Counted from the first letter of the stretch, positions 1 to 7,787 are shown. The stretch is DNA of 17,958 nt from Vulcanimicrobiales bacterium (GCA_038231455.1 JBBRLI010000037.1:1-17958); one strand, 5' to 3'. Notes: generated from the letters alone by a model not told the origin. A program made the numbers and translations.

Positions 1-27
1 CGGAATGTGTCAATGGGTTTGAGGCCA
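1..27 (+). repeat. IS right inverted repeat, containing an outward-facing TTGACA (-35) at 8-13 on the minus strand
   Basis: Shares TGTGTC...TGAGGCCA with the left end; reverse complement of 1-13 is TTGACACATTCCG. Confidence 0.75.
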
Positions 28-31
28 CCGG

Positions 32-1042
32 CTATGCGGCTTGAGTGGATTCGGGTCGGTTGATGTAGGCGATGTTTGCGAGCGCCGGTGGCTCCGGTTG
101 ACCGCGAACGAAACGTTCCGGGTGCTTGGTAAAGGCGTGATGGAGAACGTTGCGTCTTGCCGCTCGGCGATCGTCGACTCGGCCGCGATGCACGTCTTCG
201 GGTGTCAAGAGCGCGATTCCGACGTGTCGATGCTCGATGTTGTACCAGGCGAAGAATTGACGGCAAAAATCGCGAGCTTGTTGGATGTTTGCAAAGTAAC
301 CGGGATACGTCGGTCCATACTTGAGCGTCTTGAAATGCGATTCGATGTACGGATTGTCGTTGGAAACATGTGGTCGCGAGCGGCTGCGCGTCACGCCCAG
401 GTCGGCGAAGAGATGCGCCAGATTCTTCGAGGTCATCGCGCTGCCACCGTCGGCGTGCACCGTCAGTTGAGATGCATCGATGCGTTCACGTGCGATTGCG
501 GTTGAGAAGAGCTCTTCAGCGAGAGTCGCGCTCTCACGTGCTTCGAGGCGCCACGCAACGACGTAGCGACTGAACACGTCAAGCACGACATACAGATGGA
601 AATAGGTCCATTTTTGCGGCCCAAGGAGCTTCGTGATATCCCAGGACCAAACTTGATTCGGTGCTGTCGCCGCAAGTTCGGGCTTGACGCGAGCGGGGTG
701 CGTCGCCAAGCGGCGCCGCTCGCGCGTTTCACCAGCCGCGCGCAGCACGCGGTAGATTGTGGAAATTGAACCCAGGTAGCAGCCTTCGTCGAGCAGCGTC
801 GCGTAGATCTCGCGCACACTGAGATCGGCAAAGCGGTCACTGTGTGCGACATCAAAAATCATTTGTCGCTCAACTAAACTCAGGCGGCGGTGCGACGGAC
901 GCGCGTTGAGCACTCGCTGCGGTGCCGGCTTCTGACGGCGTTCGGTCGTCGCGCGAGAAAACCCCAACACACGACACGCGGCACGGCGGCCAAGATCGCT
1001 TGCAAGCTCCATCACGACTTGCTCGACGTGGACTCGTCCCAT
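32..1042 (-). CDS. IS3-family transposase OrfB (rve/DDE integrase core)
   Basis: Motifs PNQVWSWDIT, YVVLDVFSRYVVAW, HADGG, SNDNPYIESHFKTLK and WYNIEHRH. Lies in the -1 frame relative to orfA; the true start may be the GTG/ATG at ~1015-1012 or a frameshift fusion. Confidence 0.95.
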   Translation of the reverse strand: MGRVHVEQVVMELASDLGRRAACRVLGFSRATTERRQKPAPQRVLNARPSHRRLSLVERQMIFDVAHSDRFADLSVREIYATLLDEGCYLGSISTIYRVLRAAGETRERRRLATHPARVKPELAATAPNQVWSWDITKLLGPQKWTYFHLYVVLDVFSRYVVAWRLEARESATLAEELFSTAIARERIDASQLTVHADGGSAMTSKNLAHLFADLGVTRSRSRPHVSNDNPYIESHFKTLKYGPTYPGYFANIQQARDFCRQFFAWYNIEHRHVGIALLTPEDVHRGRVDDRRAARRNVLHHAFTKHPERFVRGQPEPPALANIAYINRPESTQAA

Positions 1043-1395
1043 GCGCTCTCGCTTGCGATCATCTGCAGGAGCGCGTGCGCTTTTCCCAGCGCAGCGACCG
1101 TCCGTTCGGACTTTTCCAGTCGCCGTTGCAAGCGCGCGTTTTCTTCGCGCAACTTGCGAATCTCGACTGCTTCGAGATTCGCTGGACGACCACGCTTGCG
1201 AGCCTGCACGGTCGGCTCACGCAACTGCTTGCGCCAGTTCGCGATTAGTGAACTGTAGACGCCAGTTTTTCGTGCGAGCTCCGCGCGTTCGAGCGGTGTT
1301 CGAGCCGCATCGTATTGCGCGAGAATCTGCACTTTTTCGTCGGCGGAAAACTGTCGGCGTTGCGCTCGAGGGCGCACTTCGGGATCGTGTGGCAT
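1012..1395 (-). CDS. IS3-family transposase OrfA (HTH + coiled coil)
   Basis: RRQFSADEKVQIL...LARKTGVYSSLIANWRKQ HTH followed by the coiled coil EIRKLREENARLQRRLEK; AAGGA Shine-Dalgarno upstream of the ATG. Confidence 0.92.
   Translation of the reverse strand: MPHDPEVRPRAQRRQFSADEKVQILAQYDAARTPLERAELARKTGVYSSLIANWRKQLREPTVQARKRGRPANLEAVEIRKLREENARLQRRLEKSERTVAALGKAHALLQMIASESAWDESTSSKS
1081..1087 (-). other. Candidate -1 programmed ribosomal frameshift site G_GGA_AAA
   Basis: X_XXY_YYZ heptamer in the orfA frame (L-G-K); the -1 frame from here is open into orfB. Confidence 0.55.
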
Positions 1396-1439
1396 CGAGG
1401 TTGTTCCTTGGTCGCCCTCATGGAATTATCCGGCTTCTT

Positions 1440-1467
1440 TGGCCTCACCCATTATAGACACAGAGGG
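1440..1467 (-). repeat. IS left inverted repeat, containing an inward-facing TATAAT (-10) at 1451-1456
   Basis: Minus strand reads CCCTCTGTGTCTATAATGGGTGAGGCCA, an imperfect match to the right end. Confidence 0.75.
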
Positions 1468-1660
1468 CAACGCAGTCGTTGAGAGCTTCTTTGGAACGCT
1501 CAAATCCGAATTGAGCAATCCGGTTTGGCCGACGCGAGATGCAGCGCGCAGCGCCATTTTCAACTACATCGAAGGCTGGTACAATTCCAAACGCCGCCAT
1601 TCGACGCTCGGCTACGTCAGCCCAATCCAGTACGAGTCGTTGCTGCCGATCGCAGCATAG
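1468..1660 (+). pseudogene. C-terminal fragment of a second IS3-family OrfB transposase
   Basis: NAVVESFFGTLKSEL...IFNYIEGWYNSKRRHSTLGYVSP is the canonical IS3 C-terminus. It is cut at the D of the DNAxxESF motif by the first IS. Confidence 0.93.
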
Positions 1661-1664
1661 TTCA

Positions 1665-1690
1665 CTGTCCGGAAAACCGGGGCAGACTCA
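1665..1690 (+). repeat. Right terminal inverted repeat of the second IS3 element
   Basis: CTGTCCGGAAAACCGGGGCAGACTCA directly after the stop codon, ending in CA as IS3 termini do; the sequence becomes AT-richer immediately afterwards. Confidence 0.75.
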
Positions 1691-1755
1691 AGTTACCTCT
1701 CGTACCTACCGGTGCAACACAATTATCGTTACGGTTTAGCGAATAGGCGAACGCA

Positions 1756-2460
1756 TCAGACGAGGGGGCAGGAGTCGGTCGTCTTGCCATTTTTAGGAAG
1801 TACAAAATAACGAGGACTATTTTGGCTATACCTGCCCCGCGCGGCGAATAGCCCATTTTCATAGATAAATCGAACATCTCTGTCTACTAGTCCACAACTA
1901 GGTTTGTAAGGTGCGCCATTTAATTCTATCTTAGAAACCATTCCTGAAGCATAGTCTCCAGGTATATCAACCTGCGAGACAAGTTGGAAATATCGTTTGC
2001 GTTCAGAAAATATTATTGTTTCCGCAATGTCTAAAAGCGTGTTCCCATCGATCGATATTCGTAGATGACCACTTCGCGACGATATTGACGCAGTGTGAGT
2101 GCCTTTTTCACCAAATTTTTTGCGGCTCTTGATAAACGTTAGGACACCGGCGCGATTCCTATAGGACACATAGGCATCAAGGCGCTGGTGGTGGTGATCC
2201 AAAAGTCTTATAAAGCCAACTTGAACGAACTCCACATTTGCAGGATTTCCATAGCTAGTGAGCATTTCAAATACAGCATATTTCGCGCGGTTTTCACTCA
2301 CAATCGGCAACGAAAGCGCTTCAGAAAACACGAAATCGTCCGGCAGATTTGGCTGGGCATAAAGAATTGCAGAAGCTGGGGTGCCCCCGAAAAATTCGTC
2401 CGCGGGATAAACACGGCCAAGAAAAAGAAAAATCAGAAAGACTAAATTGACGGATTTCAT
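1756..2460 (-). CDS. Hypothetical secreted protein, beta-rich (possibly ConA/LamG-like sandwich)
   Basis: 234-aa ORF with an N-terminal signal-like segment (MKSVNLVFLIFLFLG), alternating beta-strand patterns (HTASISSRSGHLRISIDG) and two C-terminal Cys; 7 bp after the upstream stop; AT-rich codons. Confidence 0.7.
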   Translation of the reverse strand: MKSVNLVFLIFLFLGRVYPADEFFGGTPASAILYAQPNLPDDFVFSEALSLPIVSENRAKYAVFEMLTSYGNPANVEFVQVGFIRLLDHHHQRLDAYVSYRNRAGVLTFIKSRKKFGEKGTHTASISSRSGHLRISIDGNTLLDIAETIIFSERKRYFQLVSQVDIPGDYASGMVSKIELNGAPYKPSCGLVDRDVRFIYENGLFAARGRYSQNSPRYFVLPKNGKTTDSCPLV

Positions 2461-2467
2461 AATCCAA

Positions 2468-2854
2468 TCAACCGAAAACGTTCAACGGTGCGGCATGGCT
2501 CTCGATAACCCTGAACGCAAATGATCCGATTTGCGAATCAGAGAGAAGGACACGAATAATATGCCTTCCAGATTTGAAAAAACGCGCATCGCGTAACGTA
2601 ATGAGGATTGACGGGACGATAATTTTACTTCGAGACTCAAAACATAGCAACTCATCGGGGCCCTCGATAATTACTGTGATATAGGCCTCATGAACTGGTA
2701 CCGCGTCTAGAAGCAAAAAAACATTAACGGTGTCGCCCGCAATCTTCGTCGGCAGGCGAGCAAACGTAAGTTGAGATGACACGCCGGTTATCTCAATCTG
2801 GTCTTGGTGGATAGAGACTTTTCCGCAAAGGGACATGCTAGCAAGCATTGTCAC
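2468..2854 (-). CDS. Hypothetical protein, DUF6941-like small beta protein
   Basis: 128 aa with pattern LC.KV...I.GV...L...LP...I.GPD...F.KSG.H.IRV.L....IG...F.V, resembling DUF6941 from memory. The start may be ATG 2848. Confidence 0.65.
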   Translation of the reverse strand: MTMLASMSLCGKVSIHQDQIEITGVSSQLTFARLPTKIAGDTVNVFLLLDAVPVHEAYITVIIEGPDELLCFESRSKIIVPSILITLRDARFFKSGRHIIRVLLSDSQIGSFAFRVIESHAAPLNVFG

Positions 2855-2876
2855 GAGAGCGTGCAGAGCCGATTGC

Positions 2877-3047
2877 TTAGTGCTTTGTAACGAACAAAGA
2901 TTCTCGAAATGCGTATAGTTGGAATAGAAAGAGCACTACGAAGATCGTAATACATACAAGCAGATGCGCTTTCAAGAGATAGTAAATGAGACCGACCGAC
3001 GCGGCCGCGAATAGGCTACGGACGATTATCCACGACCGAGGCGGCAT
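2877..3047 (-). CDS. Unannotated 56-aa two-TM membrane protein (candidate immunity protein)
   Basis: Hand translation: MPPRSWIIVRSLFAAASVGLIYYLLKAHLLVCITIFVVLFLFQLYAFRESLFVTKH*. Fills the gap between co-oriented genes (32 bp and 22 bp spacers); below the ORF-track length cutoff. Confidence 0.65.
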   Translation of the reverse strand: MPPRSWIIVRSLFAAASVGLIYYLLKAHLLVCITIFVVLFLFQLYAFRESLFVTKH

Positions 3048-3079
3048 CACTTTTCTATTTCTGCACAGTTCGAGAGGGA

Positions 3080-3559
3080 TTAATTCACGACTACGGTTAT
3101 CGTGTCAACCCCATCTTGGTTTTGAATTGAAACGTTGAGTGCGTTCGGATTGGCAGTGCTTAAATCAAGGCCTCCAATGCTTCCCTGAAAGAGAATTGGG
3201 ACGTACTGTTGACCATCCCAAAGATTATATTGCAATCCCGTCTGCGGGGTCGCGCCGCCAATATCTTTTCCGATATAACCCGTGATCGACCCGAGTGCAA
3301 AACCGGTTAAAGGCCCTCCAATTGCATTCCCAATGAGCGTGCCCCCAAGGCCGGCTGCACCTACTCCATACACTTGTAAGAAAAGTGACGCTGCTGTTGC
3401 GTTTCCGCCTGGTGGGGGTGCTGGCGTCGGCCCTGCGACCGGACTGCCAGTCGGCGCAGAGTTATCAGTCCCCCGAGAGCTCTGGGTGCCCGGCGCAGGA
3501 CCCGGGGTCGGATTCGGATTTAAAGGAACAGTCGACCCGCCAATAGATGCAATAGCCAC
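3080..3559 (-). CDS. Glycine-zipper protein with Pro/Gly-rich N-terminus (candidate membrane-active toxin)
   Basis: AAAGGA Shine-Dalgarno before the GTG; tandem GxxxG motifs in GAAGLGGTLIGNAIGGPLTGFALGSITGYIG; no classical signal peptide. Confidence 0.72.
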   Translation of the reverse strand: MAIASIGGSTVPLNPNPTPGPAPGTQSSRGTDNSAPTGSPVAGPTPAPPPGGNATAASLFLQVYGVGAAGLGGTLIGNAIGGPLTGFALGSITGYIGKDIGGATPQTGLQYNLWDGQQYVPILFQGSIGGLDLSTANPNALNVSIQNQDGVDTITVVVN

Positions 3560-3691
3560 TTCGATTCCTTTCGAAAAGTAATGCCGAGACAGATAAAATA
3601 GTTTAAGATTCGCCCACCCCGGCTGACGCCCTCATTGCAGAGAGGTCCATCTAGTCCTTTATGGCGCGCATGTTTTCGAACAGCGGAGTTG

Positions 3692-5704
3692 CTAATGTAA
3701 ATAACGATCCAAATAAGCAAGCCACCGCTCGTAGAGATCCGTGCCGCGCACGATGTCGCTTGGAAAGTGGCCGCTCACAGGATAGGCGACGAATTCCGCC
3801 GTCTTTCCATTGTCGATGAGCGCGTGGTACATCTTGTACGATTCCGTGATCGGGACGCGCGCATCGCCGACATCCGAGAGAATGAGCACGGGACACGTGA
3901 CGTTTGCCGCGTACGTAAGCGGAGATTGCGCGACGTAGTCGGCCATGTTTCCCGTAAACGGCGAGCCTTTGTAGCTATAGGCACCGGTAACGTTGCCATC
4001 GGAGAGCGCGTATTCATCGACTTGGTCGTTGACGGCCGCCCCGGAAATTGCAACTTTCCAGATGTTGTAATGACCGATCAGCCACGAGGTCATGTAGCCG
4101 CCATACGACCAGCCCGAGACACCGATCCGTTTCGTATCGACCTTGACGTGCTTCTCGAGTGCAGCAACACCCGCCATCACATCTTTGCCCGGACCGTCGC
4201 CGGCATCGTTATAGATCGCGCGTTGGTAGGCGTTCCCGAGGTTATCGCTACCGCGATAGTTGGGCTCGAAGACGATGTAGTCGTGCGCGGCGATCAACTG
4301 CGGGAACGAACCGAACGAGCGTTCCGAAGCGTACTGCGGTCCGCCGTGGATGTAGAGCACAAGCGGGTATGCACGCGCAGAATTGTAGCCCGGCGGATAC
4401 GTGACGACACCGTATTCGTGGAAACCGTTCGGGCCGTTCCACTCGATTGCTTCGTTGCGCCCAAGCGCGACCGTCTTCGGTAACGCATCGTTGAGGTGCG
4501 TGAGCTGACGCGGCGACGCACTGGGCGAGGAGAGATAGTAGAGTTCGGTTTGGTGCAGCGGAGTGCTCGCGGGAAATGCGATCGAACCATTCTTGCCGAC
4601 GCTCGCATCCATCCAGAAGAAACTCGAGGGCGTGACATCGCCAAGCGCGATGCGTTTTGCATTTCCGTTCAGATCGACGATGTAATACGCGGTCGTCGTC
4701 TTATCGTGGCCGCTCGTGAGAAACGATTTGCCATCGGGCATCCATAGCGCCCGGAACGAGGCGCGATCGACGCTCTTCATCGTCGCGTTTATGCCCGCCC
4801 CGCCGGCCGGGGTCGTAAGCATCACGTCGTTCTGATTGTTCGGATCGCCGTCGCGCGCATACAGATACGCGATGTATTTGCCATCGGGGGAATACTGTGC
4901 GAACGCTTCTTGAATGGTGTGCGCGGTGAGCTTGCGGCTTTTGCGGGAGGCGACATCGAGTTGCCAGACCGTTATTTTATCGCTATCACCGTTATTTGGC
5001 GTCGCCTGGCGCGTATAGAGCAGCGATTTGCCGTTGGCCGAAAACGAAAGCGGCGAACTCGGGGGTCCCGGCGGGGCCGAGGACTGCACGCCCCAATTGC
5101 CCGACGTCAGACGAAGGTTATGCGTTCCGTCGGCATCGACCATCCAGATGTGCGAGTTTGTCGGCTGCTCGCGCTGAAGAAAATCGTTATTCCCGACCGC
5201 GAATCCATCGCGATGATCTTTTTTCTTCTTCTCATCGGGATCGGGGTCGCTCGTCACGTATGCAAATGCTTTGCCGTCCGGACGAAAGGCGAACTGCTGC
5301 ACGCCGTCTTTTGCCGAGGTCACCGCCCGCGCGTCGCCGCCGTTCATCGGCAGCAAGTAAATCTGTGGAGTATCTTTGTCACCTTCGGCAGCGAGAAACG
5401 CGAGCCGATCCCCACTCGGCGACCAGGTCGGCTGCGCGAGCGTCGGACGCATCGAGAGCATGCGCGAGGCGCCGCTTGCGATATCGATCAGATCGAGCTC
5501 GCTATTGTGCTTGTCTTTCGCAAAATCGTTGCGGCCGATGAGCACGGCGATCGATTTGCCGTCGGGCGAGATCGCGGGGGCTCCGACGCTGACGGTTTTC
5601 GTCAGATCCATGGGGCTCAGCCGCCTGACCGGTGCGGCTCCTGCGGCAAGCGAGGTGGCAAGAATGGCGACAGACGTCGCGGCGATAAGTCGGCGGGCGT
5701 TCAC
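3692..5704 (-). CDS. Secreted S9 family peptidase (prolyl oligopeptidase / acylaminoacyl peptidase) with PD40 beta-propeller
   Basis: Signal peptide, PD40-like repeats (ISPDGK, WSPSGD, YSPDGK), IHGGP, NYRGS, catalytic GWSYGG, D-ARVP and GH. Confidence 0.95.
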   Translation of the reverse strand: MNARRLIAATSVAILATSLAAGAAPVRRLSPMDLTKTVSVGAPAISPDGKSIAVLIGRNDFAKDKHNSELDLIDIASGASRMLSMRPTLAQPTWSPSGDRLAFLAAEGDKDTPQIYLLPMNGGDARAVTSAKDGVQQFAFRPDGKAFAYVTSDPDPDEKKKKDHRDGFAVGNNDFLQREQPTNSHIWMVDADGTHNLRLTSGNWGVQSSAPPGPPSSPLSFSANGKSLLYTRQATPNNGDSDKITVWQLDVASRKSRKLTAHTIQEAFAQYSPDGKYIAYLYARDGDPNNQNDVMLTTPAGGAGINATMKSVDRASFRALWMPDGKSFLTSGHDKTTTAYYIVDLNGNAKRIALGDVTPSSFFWMDASVGKNGSIAFPASTPLHQTELYYLSSPSASPRQLTHLNDALPKTVALGRNEAIEWNGPNGFHEYGVVTYPPGYNSARAYPLVLYIHGGPQYASERSFGSFPQLIAAHDYIVFEPNYRGSDNLGNAYQRAIYNDAGDGPGKDVMAGVAALEKHVKVDTKRIGVSGWSYGGYMTSWLIGHYNIWKVAISGAAVNDQVDEYALSDGNVTGAYSYKGSPFTGNMADYVAQSPLTYAANVTCPVLILSDVGDARVPITESYKMYHALIDNGKTAEFVAYPVSGHFPSDIVRGTDLYERWLAYLDRYLH

Positions 5705-5713
5705 CCCCCTGGC

Positions 5714-6730
5714 TTACGGATTTTCGACAAAAATCTTTCGTGCGAGGCGGAATAAGAGATAACCGAATGCCCCAAAGATCAGGAGCACGATCCCAAGGTC
5801 CGCGACGCCGGAAAATCCATTGACGCCGTTGCCGCACGCGGCGACCGCGCCGTCTTTGAGCCAGAGGGCGAATCGTTCGATCGCATTTCCGCCCGCGCCG
5901 CGTTCGGCGGCCAAGGCCGAGACGATCTCATCAGGCGACCAAGCGGTCTCGTAGATCATGCGCTGCACGCGGCCGTCCGGGCCGATCAGGACCGTATCCT
6001 CACCATGGATGATCTGGTGCGACTCGGCATCGGGCAACGTCCCGATGCCAAAGCGCGCGGCAAGATCGAGCACGGCGTTGGAATCACCGGTCAGGAGCGA
6101 CCAGTGCGCGGGGTCAGCGCCGAAGGTTTTGCCGTACTTCGCAAGCACGTCGGGGCGATCGTAGCTCGGATCGAGCGTTAACTCGACGAGCTGCACGCGC
6201 TTGGGATCGACCAGTTGCGCGAGCTGGCTGAACTTCGAGGTGATCAGCGGGCACATGCGCGGATCCTGGCACCGTGTATAGATGAACGCCAGAACGATTT
6301 GCTTGCCGCGGAAGTCTGAAAACGTAAGCTGATGCCCCGTTTGATCGAGCAGCGGCGAAGCCGGAAGCAAATCGCCCACCTTCATCGGGGGGACCTTGCG
6401 CATCACCGGTTCCGTGGTTAAACTTTGGGTCTCGGCAATGCGAACGTTGCTCAAGGTCCACGGTTCGGTCGAAATGTCCACGTCGGCATCGATCGTGTTT
6501 CCAGCCAAAAGTTCCGAGGCACGACGCTGAGGGACGATCTTGAACGGCATCGACATCGAGGGCATCCCCGCGAACGCGTCGTGTCGGACGATCACCGTCC
6601 CACTTGTGGGCGTGGTCGCAAGAACCAGACCATGCAGATGCCGCACAGCGGCACTCGCCGGAACCACAAGGACGAGCATCATGGCGACGACCGCCCCGAA
6701 AGCGGCCCCGGCGATCCCCGAGAGCCTCAG
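5714..6730 (-). CDS. SCO/SenC copper chaperone with N-terminal CusF-like domain and C-terminal TM anchor (start uncertain, 6682-6730)
   Basis: CusF-like IVRHDAFAGMPSMSMPF; SCO motifs LLDQTG, FIYTRCQDPRMCP, TLDPSYDRPDVL, WSLLTG, IIH and LIGPDG. Confidence 0.9.
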   Translation of the reverse strand: MRLSGIAGAAFGAVVAMMLVLVVPASAAVRHLHGLVLATTPTSGTVIVRHDAFAGMPSMSMPFKIVPQRRASELLAGNTIDADVDISTEPWTLSNVRIAETQSLTTEPVMRKVPPMKVGDLLPASPLLDQTGHQLTFSDFRGKQIVLAFIYTRCQDPRMCPLITSKFSQLAQLVDPKRVQLVELTLDPSYDRPDVLAKYGKTFGADPAHWSLLTGDSNAVLDLAARFGIGTLPDAESHQIIHGEDTVLIGPDGRVQRMIYETAWSPDEIVSALAAERGAGGNAIERFALWLKDGAVAACGNGVNGFSGVADLGIVLLIFGAFGYLLFRLARKIFVENP

Positions 6731-7256
6731 CCCACGCGACCGCCGCTCGCAGTTGATCCAGCGCGACTGGACCAACGCCGAGCGCAAGATCGTCATGCAA
6801 GGCGTGATCGGACGCGCGCTCATTGCGATCGAGCCGGTGCTCTGCGGGTCGGTGTTTCTAGCGCTCACGATTGCCCTATTTCTCCGTCACCAGTATGTCA
6901 TCGCGCCGATCTTCGGCCTTGCGGTGCTTGCCTTCGCGGCTTACGCCATCATCGTGATGGTGAAGCCGGTCAAAGCGATCCTCGAGACGCGCGCCCCCAT
7001 CTATATTGTGGACGGTTACATTCGGTACCGCGCTCCCGACGCCGCCTCCGAGGAGGATGCGAGCGGTTACGTTGCCGTGCTCCTCGATGACCGCCGCGTC
7101 GCTTGCGAATGGCCGACCGAAGGCGACGTGCCCCTACCCGATACGATACGCCCCGCGCTCCTAGAATTCACCGACTATGGTGGGATTCACCGAATCGACG
7201 GCCGCTCGACCGGTGTACTGCCGGATAAGGTGCCGACGTTCGGAATAGGCGTCTAG
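6681..7256 (+). CDS. Hypothetical membrane protein (2 TM + soluble C-terminal domain)
   Basis: AAGGA at 6668-6672 before ATG 6681; two hydrophobic segments; GC-rich third positions. Alternative starts are TTG 6753 and ATG 6795. Confidence 0.8.
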   Translation: MATTAPKAAPAIPESLSPRDRRSQLIQRDWTNAERKIVMQGVIGRALIAIEPVLCGSVFLALTIALFLRHQYVIAPIFGLAVLAFAAYAIIVMVKPVKAILETRAPIYIVDGYIRYRAPDAASEEDASGYVAVLLDDRRVACEWPTEGDVPLPDTIRPALLEFTDYGGIHRIDGRSTGVLPDKVPTFGIGV

Positions 7257-7298
7257 CTGTCCCGACGACAACAACATGACAGAGAGGGTGTGTCTTCG

Positions 7299-7747
7299 AT
7301 GAAATTTCTCATATTGCGTTGCCTGATGTTGGCAGCAGTCGTTACGGCAACGGGATGTTCCGGCGGCGCATCAACCACTGGCAACTCCGTCTGTCCCGCG
7401 TTTGGATGCCAACCCAATGGCGGAATTGGTCTCTGCCCAGACGTTATCGGACCGGCGCCGACGCTCGTCTCACCGGCAAATGGTTCGACGAACGTCTCGA
7501 CCTCAATTGGGAATCTGCAAATTAATGGGCAGACAAATACGAGCGTGCTTGTCACCCTCACTCCGTCGGCCGGAACCACGCTGACGCAGACGGATAGCGT
7601 CTTTCATGCAACGGGCAACGGACTGAACGCGTCGCTCTCAATTCCGCTGCTTGCGGCTCGAACGTCGTACACCGTCGCGTTAACCGATCTCGGGCAATGC
7701 GGTCACACCTACAGAACACTTCGATCGGCTCGTTTACGACACAATAA
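7299..7747 (+). CDS. Lipoprotein with Ig-like (Big_5/SbsA-like) domain; apparent 1-bp frameshift near 7700-7718
   Basis: GAGAGG Shine-Dalgarno, lipobox-like ATGC, and Ig-like motifs PTLVSPANGSTNVS and LAARTSYTV. The expected ending SIGSFTTQ* (stop 7745-7747) is in the -1 frame; unshifted, the ORF runs to 7829 into the convergent gene. Confidence 0.75.
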
Positions 7748-7787
7748 CATCGCGGCCGGCGCGTTCAAACTCGCGTTCAGAAACCAC

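Larger units (their letters stand above)
1..1467 (-). mobile_element. IS3-family insertion sequence, apparently complete (orfA + orfB, imperfect inverted repeats)
   Basis: orfA/orfB transposase pair. Ends are imperfect inverted repeats: plus 1-27 CGGAATGTGTCAATGGGTTTGAGGCCA versus minus strand from 1467 CCCTCTGTGTCTATAATGGGTGAGGCCA. The 1467 boundary coincides with the break in another IS3 transposase. No target-site duplication can be checked because the window starts at the element end. Confidence 0.88.

Noticed and set aside
1439-1660. 73-aa ORF treated as an intact gene
   Set aside because: It is a chimera: the first 10 codons come from the left end of the inserted IS and the rest is a transposase fragment.
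3767-5762. Long plus-strand ORFs (238, 281, 181 and 128 aa) opposite the S9 peptidase
   Set aside because: Arg-rich antisense shadows with no motifs.
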